IMG/VR virus record: IMGVR_UViG_3300017788_002590
Location: 5,461-69,460 of that record
DNA from: a virus
Direction: 5' to 3' (one strand)
Length of the DNA stretch: 64,000 nucleotides
In this document: one piece after another, positions 41,401 through 50,808 of the stretch
Numbering within the stretch: the stretch's first letter is position 1
Layout of the letters: each line of letters begins with the position of its first letter
The notes under the pieces: generated by a model
Seen by the model: only the letters and a program-made list of their open reading frames with translations
Told to the model about the DNA's origin: nothing
Databases searched by the model: none
Program-made: the position numbers and the translations under genes

Positions 41401-41702
41401 TGGAAAAACCTTAAACGATCACAGTATGAACTTGTACAATTGTACATTTTTGCATGACGCTTTAGTATTGGTTCTCCTCCAAATTGGAGGGCTCTTTGAC
41501 TGCCTAATACTTTCTTTTTATACATAATATCATATGCCCATTCGATATACTCTGATATGTTGTTATCGGCATAATAGTATAACATCATGTTTTTAACACG
41601 ATCAACAGCTTCTTTCCAAGTTTCTCTACGATTCTTATCCTCTAACCATCTGGCATACTTACTAACAAAAGTATACGATTGAAGCTCATTGAGTGCTGAC
41701 AT
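38424..41702 (-). CDS. nrdJ: Class II (B12-dependent) ribonucleotide reductase precursor with intein
   Basis: YNC, GTGFSV, GGVRRSA, GEPG, NP|C.E, CNL, TCLKPEGT, C-terminal CAGGAC; no adjacent beta subunit gene. Confidence 0.85.
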   Translation of the reverse strand: MSALNELQSYTFVSKYARWLEDKNRRETWKEAVDRVKNMMLYYYADNNISEYIEWAYDIMYKKKVLGSQRALQFGGEPILKRHAKMYNCTSSYCDRLRFFQECFWLLLCGSGTGFSVQKHHVAKLPSLSQEPKSETGRKYVIEDSIEGWSDALGVLLSSYFVKPSEDKFKDYKDEYIVFDYSNIREKGSSLSSGVGKAPGFEPLQNGLEKIRALLDRCLANGQKKLRPIDAYDIIMHSSDAVLSGGVRRSASLALFSPNDEEMAKAKTGNWYTENPQRARSNNSALLLKDDTTFEEFEILMESVKEFGEPGFIWSDSTEMTFNPCVVADSTVVTDRGIKMVADLINKPFNAIVDGISYPSYKGFWKTGTKQVIELHFKSGRTLRVTPNHKIMTTTGWKEAGDINFGENIVINNHRDYPLDSEANLNILSSDWKKGYLLGLFLGDGNHSRSSAQLKWWGESKEQYRQEAYQMLHDVGFTNNHNSSEQNSIAVYSSIESRKLMEFAINHDCMVGTSKRLSKKSICGSWNHISGLIAGYFDADGTVLVNNIKGSSLRISSVQLENLQNLQIALNALGIYSKIYKNRRSEGDRVMPDGSGGTKSYFCQASHELVITSDNIVRFAKYIPIKNIDKANKIQTIVNNYQRMPNRTNFVDTLINKTIVGELDVYDCTVEGIHAFDNDAIYVHNCVEVGMWPVDAETGKSGWQGCNLSTINCSSVTDENDFYERCKAAAIIGTLQAGFTKLDYLGEISCRIFEREALLGVSLTGIMEKHDIVLTEKVLKAGAKIAVETNKEMAKKIGINQAARVTCLKPEGTSSSMLGTSSGIHPHHAKRYIRHVQANVLEAPYQHFKNYNPQACERSSWSANNTDEVIKFPIEVPDGAKLKNQLPAVEMLSIVKDTQKNWVYSGKNKALCTQEFLSHNVSNTVTVKPEEWEDVTNYIYNNRKYFAGVSLIPQSGDKDYPQAPFTTVYTSREIVKEYGDAALWCSGLIELGLASFDSDLWKACDYVAMNQAKSSDPDTRLVFVTKMKNFAGKYFDGDIRRLTYCMKDVYNWKIYCDLLNTFKKVDYTQLLETEDNTTGIEEISCAGGACLI
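39648..40730 (-). mobile_element. Intein with LAGLIDADG homing endonuclease (361 aa)
   Basis: Starts CVVADS after FNP; TPNH block B; LLGLFLGDG and IAGYFDADG; ends VYDCTV...YVHN before extein Cys. Confidence 0.93.
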
Positions 41703-41804
41703 AATATCTCCTTAGATGTTTAACTAAACAGGCCGTAGAAAAGATGATTAAATTTGGTCATATGTAATAAAATTTAATTGGGCCTAGTTTATCTTAGATT
41801 ACTC

Positions 41805-42272
41805 TTATAATACACCAGACAAATTCTTGATCCAAGAAAAGTCTGGTTTAATTTTTTTTATCACTATGCCCGAATGCTTAACGAAAAAATCGAATTTTAT
41901 TTGAGCTTCTTGGTCAAATAATTGTGTACCATGGTTCTCTGCCATGTACACAGTTGTTACTCCTTCCTGCCAGAGAGCCATAATACAATCGTTACAACAC
42001 TGTCCTGTGACGTATGCTATACCATGGTCTGGTCTGATAATACAGTTTGCTAATGCATTTCTTTCAGCATGTATCATCCAGGAGTATTTTTCTGGTCTAC
42101 TGGTTGGTAGCAGTGAATCGTCCATACCTTTTGGGAAACCGTTATAACCTACCCCCAGTATCCTATTTTGCTGATCCGTAATTACGCAACCGTGCTGTGT
42201 GTGTATATCATGGCTTCGTTGCGAAACGACTTTAGCCAATCCTAGAAAATAATTTTGCCAGTTAGGTCTCAT
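41805..42272 (-). CDS. dCMP deaminase
   Basis: GYNGFP, HAERNA, CNDC zinc motif. Confidence 0.9.
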   Translation of the reverse strand: MRPNWQNYFLGLAKVVSQRSHDIHTQHGCVITDQQNRILGVGYNGFPKGMDDSLLPTSRPEKYSWMIHAERNALANCIIRPDHGIAYVTGQCCNDCIMALWQEGVTTVYMAENHGTQLFDQEAQIKFDFFVKHSGIVIKKIKPDFSWIKNLSGVL

Positions 42273-42280
42273 ATAGGTCT

Positions 42281-42308
42281 ATTATACTCGTCTCTGACAG
42301 GTTGTCAA
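42281..42308 (-). promoter_or_regulatory. Sigma70-type promoter, near-leaderless, for dCMP deaminase
   Basis: TTGACA (42308-42303), 16-nt spacer, TATAAT (42286-42281), 8 nt to ATG; no SD. Confidence 0.75.
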
Positions 42309-42319
42309 TAACAAGTATT

Positions 42320-43243
42320 TTATTTATATATGTATTCTTGGTATTTATTCTGGTTTTCTTTTATATATTTTGGAAAACCAAACTTAATACTATGATCGAT
42401 AGAAGCAAAATTAGGAGCTGTATATAATATACCGGGTATCTCGATATGTTCAGAGTTTATATCGTGTAAATGATTTTGTGGATTATTATTGAAATTAGGT
42501 ATATAACCATTTATTACATTGTTTAAAAAAGTATTATCGTCCCAAGTATCTATTTGTGACCAAACGCTGTCTTGGGAATGACTGAAATTAGTATATTTGT
42601 TTCTAAGATTATCAATGTTTTTAGATAATCCGCTAAAGTGCCATCCTGCATCTTTAACTATAGCATGTCCTATACAATCTGATCTTAATTCTGATGCAAA
42701 ATATCTTTTTATATTAGCAAAAGATGTTAACATCTGACCTCCTATTTTTTTAGCAAAAACATTTAATTTATACACATATAGTCTTAAATCGAATCCGTAT
42801 ATTGCGTGGGGGTTTTTGGATAGATTCAATATAATATCTTTGTTTACTATTTCATCTAGACCACCAAACATAATTTGATCTTCATCCCCAACACCAAGAT
42901 TAGACAATATAGTATTTGCATAATTAGTTTGAAATTTTTCTCTCTCCCAACACTTTTGTTGTTTAGGTGACATATTTTTGTGTCTGGCGTGGAATGAGGG
43001 TGTTCTCAATTCCGGATGCTTTTCGATACAATCATCCAAAGATTCTATTAGATGGTATTCAATCTTATTTTGAAAATTTATGAATCTTTTTTCATCAAAG
43101 TATTTTGGTTTACTATTACCATTATGAGTTTGTAAAGATTCGATAATAATAAATTTTTCTACATAATCTTGTTCTTCATTAAGTTTAATTTCCAATAAAT
43201 CATTTTCATTGAAGAACATAAAGAAACTAAAAATTTTATTCAT
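42320..43243 (-). CDS. GT17-like (MGAT3-like) glycosyltransferase
   Basis: FFNENDLLEIKL, IESLQTHNG, EREKFQ, LDEI, GWHFS. Confidence 0.75.
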   Translation of the reverse strand: MNKIFSFFMFFNENDLLEIKLNEEQDYVEKFIIIESLQTHNGNSKPKYFDEKRFINFQNKIEYHLIESLDDCIEKHPELRTPSFHARHKNMSPKQQKCWEREKFQTNYANTILSNLGVGDEDQIMFGGLDEIVNKDIILNLSKNPHAIYGFDLRLYVYKLNVFAKKIGGQMLTSFANIKRYFASELRSDCIGHAIVKDAGWHFSGLSKNIDNLRNKYTNFSHSQDSVWSQIDTWDDNTFLNNVINGYIPNFNNNPQNHLHDINSEHIEIPGILYTAPNFASIDHSIKFGFPKYIKENQNKYQEYIYK

Positions 43244-44349
43244 GATAAGTATCCATTCATAGTGTTTACTAAATAGTTAATATGTGCATCAGTCATAAAA
43301 GGATGAATAGGCAAGCTTGTAGAATACCTAGCAAATTGTTTGCTATTATGGGCTGGTCCAGACAAATGTTTATACATGCTTGTTTCTTCTATAAGAATAG
43401 GGTAATGCATTCCATATTCTATGTGATGTTCTGTTAGATAGTTTTGAAAATGTTTATTATTTTCTGTTATTACCGGATATACATGATGTACAGGCAGACA
43501 GTAATTAGGATTTCTGGGTAAAGTAATCCTGTTATTTGTTAAGTTGTTCTCTATATAATTAACAATTTGTCTACGTTTTTTGTTCCAGATTTCTAAATGT
43601 TGTAGTTTTAGTTTAAGAATAATTGCTTGTATGGTATCTAATCTATGGTTATAGCCTATGTCTGTGTGTTCATATTTTTTAATTGAGCCAAGGTTTCTAT
43701 ATATTAGTATATTATTGTAATAATTTTCATTATCGGTAGTGATGATGCCAGCATCTCCTGCTGCTCCTAAATTTTTTCCTGGATACAAAGAGAACGCACT
43801 AACTTGTCCATACGTTCCGACCATCCGATTATAAGATTTTGCCCCATGGGCTTGAGACACATCTTCTAGTATAATGCAGTCGTATTTTTGAGCTATATCT
43901 AATAATGATTTCATGTCACAAGTATATCCGTATAAATGCACAGGGACAATTACAACATTTTTGTATTTTGATCTATTGTCTAAAATACATTTTTTTACTA
44001 AGTCTACGTCTATTTGATAGTAACTATTACAATCAATAAGTTTAAAATCTGCATTGGGAATACCTTCTTGCATTCCAAAAATAGTAGCAATATAAGTATT
44101 AGCTGGTATAATAACTAAGGTAGTATCATTTAGCTTTAAGGACTTTGCTGCTATCTTTATGGCATCGGTGCCATTAGAAACCCCAATAGAGTATTTTGTG
44201 CCTATATAGTGTGCGAAATCATTTTCAAAATCTTTAACTTGTTTTCCAAGAATAAAGTTTGATTCATAAAAAAGGTTATCAAATTCTTTAAGAGCTTGTT
44301 CTTTTATTTGAACCCATTGACTATGTAAGTCATTAAAATGAATTTTCAT
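43240..44349 (-). CDS. DegT/DnrJ/EryC1/StrS PLP sugar aminotransferase
   Basis: NGTDA, PVHLYG, EDVSQAHGA, SLYPGKNLGAAGDAG, NHRLDTIQA. Confidence 0.92.
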   Translation of the reverse strand: MKIHFNDLHSQWVQIKEQALKEFDNLFYESNFILGKQVKDFENDFAHYIGTKYSIGVSNGTDAIKIAAKSLKLNDTTLVIIPANTYIATIFGMQEGIPNADFKLIDCNSYYQIDVDLVKKCILDNRSKYKNVVIVPVHLYGYTCDMKSLLDIAQKYDCIILEDVSQAHGAKSYNRMVGTYGQVSAFSLYPGKNLGAAGDAGIITTDNENYYNNILIYRNLGSIKKYEHTDIGYNHRLDTIQAIILKLKLQHLEIWNKKRRQIVNYIENNLTNNRITLPRNPNYCLPVHHVYPVITENNKHFQNYLTEHHIEYGMHYPILIEETSMYKHLSGPAHNSKQFARYSTSLPIHPFMTDAHINYLVNTMNGYLS

Positions 44350-45199
44350 AATTCAGTATCCTAGTTATATTATATGTAAGTTCTTTTTGTACAGTATTTT
44401 TTTGAAAAAAAGCCTTAATTGATTTATGAATAGGAGATTCATTGCTAAATACTATATTATCTCCATTGCTATAGTGCATTTGTTTTTTGTTGTCGTCCCA
44501 ATAAATAATAGTATCTTCTAGTTCTATTGTATATAGTCGATCTTTTAATGGATAAGACCAACTGCAATCTAATTGTACAGTTTGATTATCGAAGTCCATA
44601 AAACCTATACAACTATCTTTTTGTAAACTAGTCTTATCTCTAGAAAAATCATGCCAATATATTTTGTTGGGATATTTATTTAAAAGATACAAGGCTATCG
44701 AAACATCGTGCGCAGCTAAATCATATCTTGCATTCACATCATATCTGATGGGTCCATAATTTAGTCTATTAGCTTTTATGCTTTTAATTGGATTTATAAG
44801 AGAAATATTCTTAATGACTTCGACAGCAGGGTTGAATGTAAACAGCCAATCAACAAATAAATACGAATTATTTTTTTCTGCTGTATTATACAATTCTATA
44901 CAAGTATTAGAATTTATATCTAATGGTTTTTCGCAAAAGACGTCTCGTCCTAGAGATAAGAAATAGTGGCAAATTTCGTAATGTGTTTTAGCCGGCGTTA
45001 ATACAAAAATTTTATTATATTCTTGAGGTACAGATTTATAGTCTTTAATTATAGGATATTTTCGTCCTATTTCTGACCAATCTACATTTCTGTTTTCGCA
45101 GATTATAATATTTTGGTACCCTAGTTGATTAAGGTTTCTCAAAATGATTTTGCCCCAATATCCTAAACCGATAATACATATTTTATCTTCATTTTTCAT
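44333..45199 (-). CDS. Gfo/Idh/MocA oxidoreductase
   Basis: GLGYWG, CEKP, DLAAHD. Confidence 0.88.
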   Translation of the reverse strand: MKNEDKICIIGLGYWGKIILRNLNQLGYQNIIICENRNVDWSEIGRKYPIIKDYKSVPQEYNKIFVLTPAKTHYEICHYFLSLGRDVFCEKPLDINSNTCIELYNTAEKNNSYLFVDWLFTFNPAVEVIKNISLINPIKSIKANRLNYGPIRYDVNARYDLAAHDVSIALYLLNKYPNKIYWHDFSRDKTSLQKDSCIGFMDFDNQTVQLDCSWSYPLKDRLYTIELEDTIIYWDDNKKQMHYSNGDNIVFSNESPIHKSIKAFFQKNTVQKELTYNITRILNYENSF

Positions 45200-45630
45200 A
45201 ATTGTTTTCTAATTTGAGCTGGATTACCATATACAACACAGTTGCTAGGAATATCTTTTGTCACAACAGATCCGGCTCCAATAATTACATTATCTCCAAT
45301 CGCCACTGGTAGTAATGTTACATTAGATCCTATTCTTACGTTTTTCCCAATTTTAGTACTTCTAGGATTCCACGAATTAATATTTTCTGAATCACTAAAA
45401 ATATCATTTGTGAACATAACACCATGTCCTATGAATGTGTTTTCGTCAATATGTACATGACTACATATGAAACTATGACTACTAATTCTACAATTTTTTT
45501 CTATAGTAACATTTTTTTGTATTTCTACAAATGGTCCTATGAAACAATTTTCTTTAATAATACATCCATAAATATTGACTGGTTCTATAATTTGTACAGA
45601 GTTATGTATGGATGAGTTTTTGTTTATCAT
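45196..45630 (-). CDS. Hexapeptide-repeat sugar N-acetyltransferase
   Basis: IGPFVEIQ, SHSFIC, GVMFTND, GAGSVVTKD, GNPA. Confidence 0.9.
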   Translation of the reverse strand: MINKNSSIHNSVQIIEPVNIYGCIIKENCFIGPFVEIQKNVTIEKNCRISSHSFICSHVHIDENTFIGHGVMFTNDIFSDSENINSWNPRSTKIGKNVRIGSNVTLLPVAIGDNVIIGAGSVVTKDIPSNCVVYGNPAQIRKQL

Positions 45631-46241
45631 AGCACTTCTATTACTTTATCAAAAGTTAAGCCTGATTGTTTTAATTTAAGTATATCACTATGAAAATAAT
45701 CTTGATGTATAATCCAGTCTTCCCATGCGGATCCGTTTGGAAAACATACATCTTCAAACAATATGATATATCCTTTATTTTGTAATTTTGATCTGACAGA
45801 ATCCTTGTCTTTATTTCCGTATTTAAAAGACTCATGTTCATAGGTAATAGTCTTACATTCTATATTAGCATCTAAAATACGATCCAAAGCTATATGGCTA
45901 TAGTTTTTAGGTTCATGTCCTCCAATATCGACATCTAATGACAGATAATCGTACAAATAATAATTTTGATCTAACAAAAATTCAGTAAAGCTTGCAACAC
46001 AAACATCTTGCTGAATATATTTACCGTTTTTTCTGTTTGCGTTCCATATATCGGTTCGGTCTACTAAATCGAATCCAAAACCATACCAAGATAACTCCGA
46101 GTCCAAAACATATGTATTATTTCCTATAATAGGATGACCACAAGCCACATCTAAATAATATTGTTTATCTGGTTTATTGATTAAATATTTTTGTAGCTTA
46201 ACAACAAACTGATCTTGTTTTTCGTGTGATTGATAATTCAT
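45627..46241 (-). CDS. FkbM-like methyltransferase-fold protein
   Basis: QDQFV, YLDVACGHP..NNTY, DYLSLDVD, ITYEH, EDW. Confidence 0.6.
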   Translation of the reverse strand: MNYQSHEKQDQFVVKLQKYLINKPDKQYYLDVACGHPIIGNNTYVLDSELSWYGFGFDLVDRTDIWNANRKNGKYIQQDVCVASFTEFLLDQNYYLYDYLSLDVDIGGHEPKNYSHIALDRILDANIECKTITYEHESFKYGNKDKDSVRSKLQNKGYIILFEDVCFPNGSAWEDWIIHQDYFHSDILKLKQSGLTFDKVIEVL

Positions 46242-46259
46242 AATGGTTTTTCTTTATAG

Positions 46260-47255
46260 TTAGTCTTTAAATATAAAAATATTATTATACTGGTTTTTTC
46301 TAATTAAATTATGTTCTAATATTGTGGCAGAGTCTTCTTTCATGCCATCATTAGCTAATAAAATCTCATCATTATGAATAAAAGTATACCAAAAATTATT
46401 TCTAAATAAAGAAAAATTACAATTTGGAACATACTTGGAAGCTTCACATATGATATTTAATTTCAATGCCTCGGCTATGGCTAACAAACAACTTTGATTA
46501 CCAATATACAAATCTACAGTATTTAATGCTTTAGCTGCTTCTAATAAATTTTTAGTCTCCAAATAATCAATTTTATCTATATGTTTACAGAAGTTTTCAT
46601 ATTCTGATGGTAATCCTAAGAAAATAAAATTATTTTTACCAAATTTATCTAATAAAGTTTTCATAATAGATATATCTTCCGTATATCTAGCGGTTCTTCC
46701 AATAGCAATTTTTTTATCATGTAATGGTTCGTGACTATCTAAAAATAACCATTTATCTGAAAAAGAATTTTTAAGATCAAATCTAAGATCAATTAGATAT
46801 GATAATGGATATAAATAACTATTTGGATCTTGAGGACTCCAATATAGATTAGGAATAAAATGTATTATATAATCTGAACTCTCAGAAATAAATCTTGAGG
46901 TTGTATTTTCATAATACAAACTAGAAACTGGTTGCCTAAATACCTGTTCTGATGTACTGAGCTTATTAAGTTTATCAAAATATACTTCTGTAATTTTTAA
47001 ATCAGTAGAATAATTTTGATTTAGAAAAATATTTTTATCATGAAAATCCATATCAATAAAACCAAAACTAGTAATATACGGCTGCTGTTCCAAAAGATCG
47101 TATAATAAATTTCGTTTACTTAAAAAACTAGTGGTGGCGTCTGGTGCTGACCTAGGAAAATAATAACCACACTGTTTAAATGTTGAATATATGTTTTTTA
47201 GCAGGGGTAGGGCGTGGATTGTATCCCCGTTATCTGTATTAATTAGTGTATTCAT
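46260..47255 (-). CDS. GT9-like glycosyltransferase
   Basis: Likely start MNTLINTDNGDTIHALP (47255); RTARY, FLGLPSE, YIGNQS; paralogous to 50809..51519. Confidence 0.65.
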   Translation of the reverse strand: MNTLINTDNGDTIHALPLLKNIYSTFKQCGYYFPRSAPDATTSFLSKRNLLYDLLEQQPYITSFGFIDMDFHDKNIFLNQNYSTDLKITEVYFDKLNKLSTSEQVFRQPVSSLYYENTTSRFISESSDYIIHFIPNLYWSPQDPNSYLYPLSYLIDLRFDLKNSFSDKWLFLDSHEPLHDKKIAIGRTARYTEDISIMKTLLDKFGKNNFIFLGLPSEYENFCKHIDKIDYLETKNLLEAAKALNTVDLYIGNQSCLLAIAEALKLNIICEASKYVPNCNFSLFRNNFWYTFIHNDEILLANDGMKEDSATILEHNLIRKNQYNNIFIFKD

Positions 47256-48030
47256 TTGATAAAATTGCTCTATATGTGTTTTGTATTCCTTGAACCAGTC
47301 CATATTCTTTAATTGGGAGTTTATGATAATTCCCATAATAATTTTCACAAATGCTAGTATCATTTATAGAAATATGAGATCGATAATCATTATTAAGCAA
47401 ATTAATTATTTCGCATACTTCTAATAATGATTTATGTTCAGCATAACAGCAATCAATTTGTTTAGGTGGATTTTCATTACTAATATAATAATCAACTATA
47501 TTAATTAGGTCTTTCATATATATAAAATCCATAATTTTATTTTGATGTATCTCTAGATTTTTATATTTGATATATTTAAGTATATTAGACTTAATAAATC
47601 TTGTAGATAATTCATTTTCATCAAAAACACCAAAAATTCTTAGATTAAAAAATTTATCATTATTTATGATAATGTCACTAATAATTTTTTTAGCAAAACC
47701 ATATGGATTTAATTGACTATATATCTCAGCGCCGGAACCAAAATAAATAAAACGATCAAATAGATGCTTATGCTTAAATAAATTATAGAACATGACAATA
47801 TTATTTTGTATTACATCTGTAGTATCGTTGCGTAGTCTACTACCACCAATAGCAGCAGTATGTATAACACAATCGAAAGATTGATTTTTCAAAAACATAT
47901 CAATACATTCCGAATCCATTAGATCACAAATATTTCTATTTAACAATATAAACTTATATTTATGAGACATATTATTTAGTATACCATTAGCAATATATCC
48001 ATTGCTACCAGTTAATAAAATTTTTTTCAT
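47239..48030 (-). CDS. NAD-dependent epimerase/reductase (SDR)
   Basis: TGSNGYIA, HTA, GSGAE, YGFAK. Confidence 0.85.
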   Translation of the reverse strand: MKKILLTGSNGYIANGILNNMSHKYKFILLNRNICDLMDSECIDMFLKNQSFDCVIHTAAIGGSRLRNDTTDVIQNNIVMFYNLFKHKHLFDRFIYFGSGAEIYSQLNPYGFAKKIISDIIINNDKFFNLRIFGVFDENELSTRFIKSNILKYIKYKNLEIHQNKIMDFIYMKDLINIVDYYISNENPPKQIDCCYAEHKSLLEVCEIINLLNNDYRSHISINDTSICENYYGNYHKLPIKEYGLVQGIQNTYRAILSNEYTN

Positions 48031-48497
48031 TTTTGTAAATTAAGATACGCTGGAGAATTAGAATGTAAAAATTCTTGAATAACTTGTTCGGACAAATTTT
48101 TTGGTTTAAGCTTTATTATATTTTTAAAAGTATCCATAACCTCAATATCCTCTTCTGCCCAATGAGAAAATCCAAGATACCCATAATCCTTATCTCTACC
48201 TCCACCAACTAATTTAACATTGATTTTTTCGTGATCTAAATAATTTCTTATTAATTCAAATGGTCTATACAATAAAAATGGGGTTATAGAATAACAAACA
48301 GGTATATAGTTTTCCAAAGCCAAGCCAACGGCACATCCAAGCATTAGTTGTTCAGAGGACATGCAATTAATAAATCTGTCTGGGTAGTCTAAACGAATTT
48401 TATCCCATAACCCATAACCTAAATCCGCTGTTAATAACCATATCTTGTCATTAATTGACATATGGTAATATAAAAATTTAGCAAAATCTTTTCTCAT
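48027..48497 (-). CDS. Transketolase-like pyrimidine-binding subunit
   Basis: TADLG, SEQLMLGCAVGLA, RPFELIR, SHWAEED; only 156 aa. Confidence 0.85.
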   Translation of the reverse strand: MRKDFAKFLYYHMSINDKIWLLTADLGYGLWDKIRLDYPDRFINCMSSEQLMLGCAVGLALENYIPVCYSITPFLLYRPFELIRNYLDHEKINVKLVGGGRDKDYGYLGFSHWAEEDIEVMDTFKNIIKLKPKNLSEQVIQEFLHSNSPAYLNLQK

Positions 48498-49105
48498 GAT
48501 ATAGTTTTATAGTCTTCCTCTGACATGACATGATAATGGGCATTTAATCCACTTAAAAATGCATATTTATTGGATGTTGTTTCTATAATATTAATTTCTG
48601 GCAAAAATACTTTTAATCTATCAGCTAGATATTTTTTATTGATTTTATCATATGCTGCATATCCATTCATATTTACATAAACTTTAATATTAGATAAATT
48701 ATATTCTTTAATAAATCTTAATCCTTCCCAAACAGAACCTTCAGCGCATTCGCCATCACTAATAAGCACATAAACATTACGGTTTTGATTCGCTACTGCT
48801 CTACCTATACCAATTAATATTCCCAATCCTAGACTACCAGTAGAACAATATATATGATCATCTTCACATAGGTGTGGATGTCCGCCGTGTTTTTTAAATA
48901 ATAATTCAGCATCCAAATTATAAAATTTTTCTATTACACAATACAAAGCTAATGCCGCATGTCCAGAAGATAATATAAAAATATCATCTTTATTTTTTAA
49001 AGTAAATATATTATCAATAATATCAATAGCAGAAATATATGATCCTAAATGTGATAGTTTATTTTTAAATGCTATATCAAAAATTCTTTTATGTAATATA
49101 TTCAT
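48494..49105 (-). CDS. Transketolase-like ThDP-binding subunit
   Basis: SHLGS, LSSGHA, GHP, STGSLG, SDGECAEG...N. Confidence 0.87.
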   Translation of the reverse strand: MNILHKRIFDIAFKNKLSHLGSYISAIDIIDNIFTLKNKDDIFILSSGHAALALYCVIEKFYNLDAELLFKKHGGHPHLCEDDHIYCSTGSLGLGILIGIGRAVANQNRNVYVLISDGECAEGSVWEGLRFIKEYNLSNIKVYVNMNGYAAYDKINKKYLADRLKVFLPEINIIETTSNKYAFLSGLNAHYHVMSEEDYKTIS

Positions 49106-49125
49106 ACAAATAATATTCTATTTGT

Positions 49126-50091
49126 TTACCATATAAAATTATGTTTATAATAAGCCACAATATTAGATAAATTATTGTCAAAATTCTGTTTTGGTTCCCA
49201 TCCTATATTTCTGATTTTATCATCATTCAAAGTATATCTAAAATCTTGTCCGGTGCGAGAATATGTGAGATCTAGATATTCATTAATATTACAATCTTTT
49301 TCATGAAATGTTTTAATAATTTTCGATACTGTGGTTAAATTATCTTGTTCGAATCCACCGCATATATTATATATTTCATTCATTTGTCCGGCTTCAATAA
49401 TTTTTACAACTGCATTAGCGGTATCATCGGCATGTAACCAATTTCTAATAGGATTACCGTTATTGTGTAATGGTATTTTTCTACCTAGCGATAAAAATTT
49501 AATTGATTTGGGAATTAGTTTCTCAACATACTGGCCAATACCATAATTATTAGTTGGCCTTATGATATTATATTTAATGCCATATGTTCTAGACCACGCT
49601 AATATTAGCATATCAGCAGCAGCTTTTGTTGCTGAATATGGATTACTCGGTTTTAATATATCTGTTTCAGAATGCTTCCCATGATCTATATCGCCATAAA
49701 CTTCATCAGTACTAAAGTGTATTAATACTGGTTGATTTTGTTGTTCTTGTCTATAGGCGTTCATAAGTTTGAGTAAATGATGAACACCCTCTATATTAGA
49801 TCTTACAAAGGTGTCGCTATCAACAATAGAATTGCCTACATGTGTTTCTGCCGCTGTGTTGATTATATAATCACAATCATATAAAAACTCTATATCATTA
49901 ATATCTATATGTTGAAAAACAAAATTAGAATATTTATTGAAATCTTTTAATAGATCAATATTAGCAGCATAAGTTATTTTATCTACTCCTCTCACATACC
50001 AGCCTTTATCAAGAGCCATTCTGGTTATATATGAGCCTATAAAACCCAAACATCCGGTAACATAAATTATTTTTTTCATAATATTAATCAT
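49126..50091 (-). CDS. NDP-glucose 4,6-dehydratase (RmlB-like)
   Basis: TGCLGFIG, AAETHV, STDEVYG, PYSATKA, NNYG, EKLIP. Confidence 0.9.
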   Translation of the reverse strand: MINIMKKIIYVTGCLGFIGSYITRMALDKGWYVRGVDKITYAANIDLLKDFNKYSNFVFQHIDINDIEFLYDCDYIINTAAETHVGNSIVDSDTFVRSNIEGVHHLLKLMNAYRQEQQNQPVLIHFSTDEVYGDIDHGKHSETDILKPSNPYSATKAAADMLILAWSRTYGIKYNIIRPTNNYGIGQYVEKLIPKSIKFLSLGRKIPLHNNGNPIRNWLHADDTANAVVKIIEAGQMNEIYNICGGFEQDNLTTVSKIIKTFHEKDCNINEYLDLTYSRTGQDFRYTLNDDKIRNIGWEPKQNFDNNLSNIVAYYKHNFIW

Positions 50092-50800
50092 ATATTACTT
50101 GAGATAAAAAATTCAAAGCTAAAGAGATTCTATTTTCGTTGCTCATACCGGGCCAATGAATGAGAAAATCTCCATGCGTCCATTGTCCAGGATTTCCTTT
50201 GCAATCTAAACCCTTTTGATGCCAAGGAGAAGGATAAAGATTGTATAAATAAGAATTCATGAATTTTTGATGCATTGGCTTAGTGATGTGTTTATACTTA
50301 TCATATTGCTGATAAAGATCTATCATTGCTCCTTGTTCAGCCCATGCTCTGGCTCCCCCGTCTGGTAATCTCAAACCAAAATCAGCAGCATTGCCATCGG
50401 CATCAATATAAATATCGTATAAAGACATTATATGCTCAAAATATTCTATTGATTGCTCATTATTTCGTATGAGAAATGAATCAGAGTTAAAATCCCATAT
50501 ATCATAAGATATGATAAAACTATAATTTGTATCTATAAGATCTTCAAGTTTAGTATTATAATTCGTAATCATAGTATCACTGCCGCACCAATATAACCAA
50601 TCGTATTTGTTAGTTTTTAACACATCCAATATCAATTGAATTTTAGCGAATCCTATATTTTTGCAACCAAAGTCTTTTGTTTGTATAATCAGATCATAGC
50701 CATGTTTTTCAGAATATTTACGCTTATTGTATTCTGTAGTAATTACAGCTAATGGCAATATATTTGGCGTATATATACTAACTATTCCAAATTTCATCAT
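50084..50800 (-). CDS. GT34-like (GMA12/MNN10) glycosyltransferase
   Basis: YSEKHGY, YDWLYWCGSDTMITN, EQGAM, GDFLIHWPG. Confidence 0.75.
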   Translation of the reverse strand: MMKFGIVSIYTPNILPLAVITTEYNKRKYSEKHGYDLIIQTKDFGCKNIGFAKIQLILDVLKTNKYDWLYWCGSDTMITNYNTKLEDLIDTNYSFIISYDIWDFNSDSFLIRNNEQSIEYFEHIMSLYDIYIDADGNAADFGLRLPDGGARAWAEQGAMIDLYQQYDKYKHITKPMHQKFMNSYLYNLYPSPWHQKGLDCKGNPGQWTHGDFLIHWPGMSNENRISLALNFLSQVIYD

Positions 50801-50808
50801 AATAGTGT

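Noticed and set aside
41703-41816. Riboswitch, NrdR box or phage-specific promoter (GGTGTATTATAA on the - strand) upstream of the RNR
   Set aside because: No cobalamin-riboswitch or NrdR consensus was recognised, and I found the motif in a plausible position only once; a genome-wide motif search is needed.
47256-47363. Long N-terminal extension of ORF 46260..47363
   Set aside because: It overlaps the SDR gene by more than 100 bp; the GT9-like motif starts right after ATG 47255.
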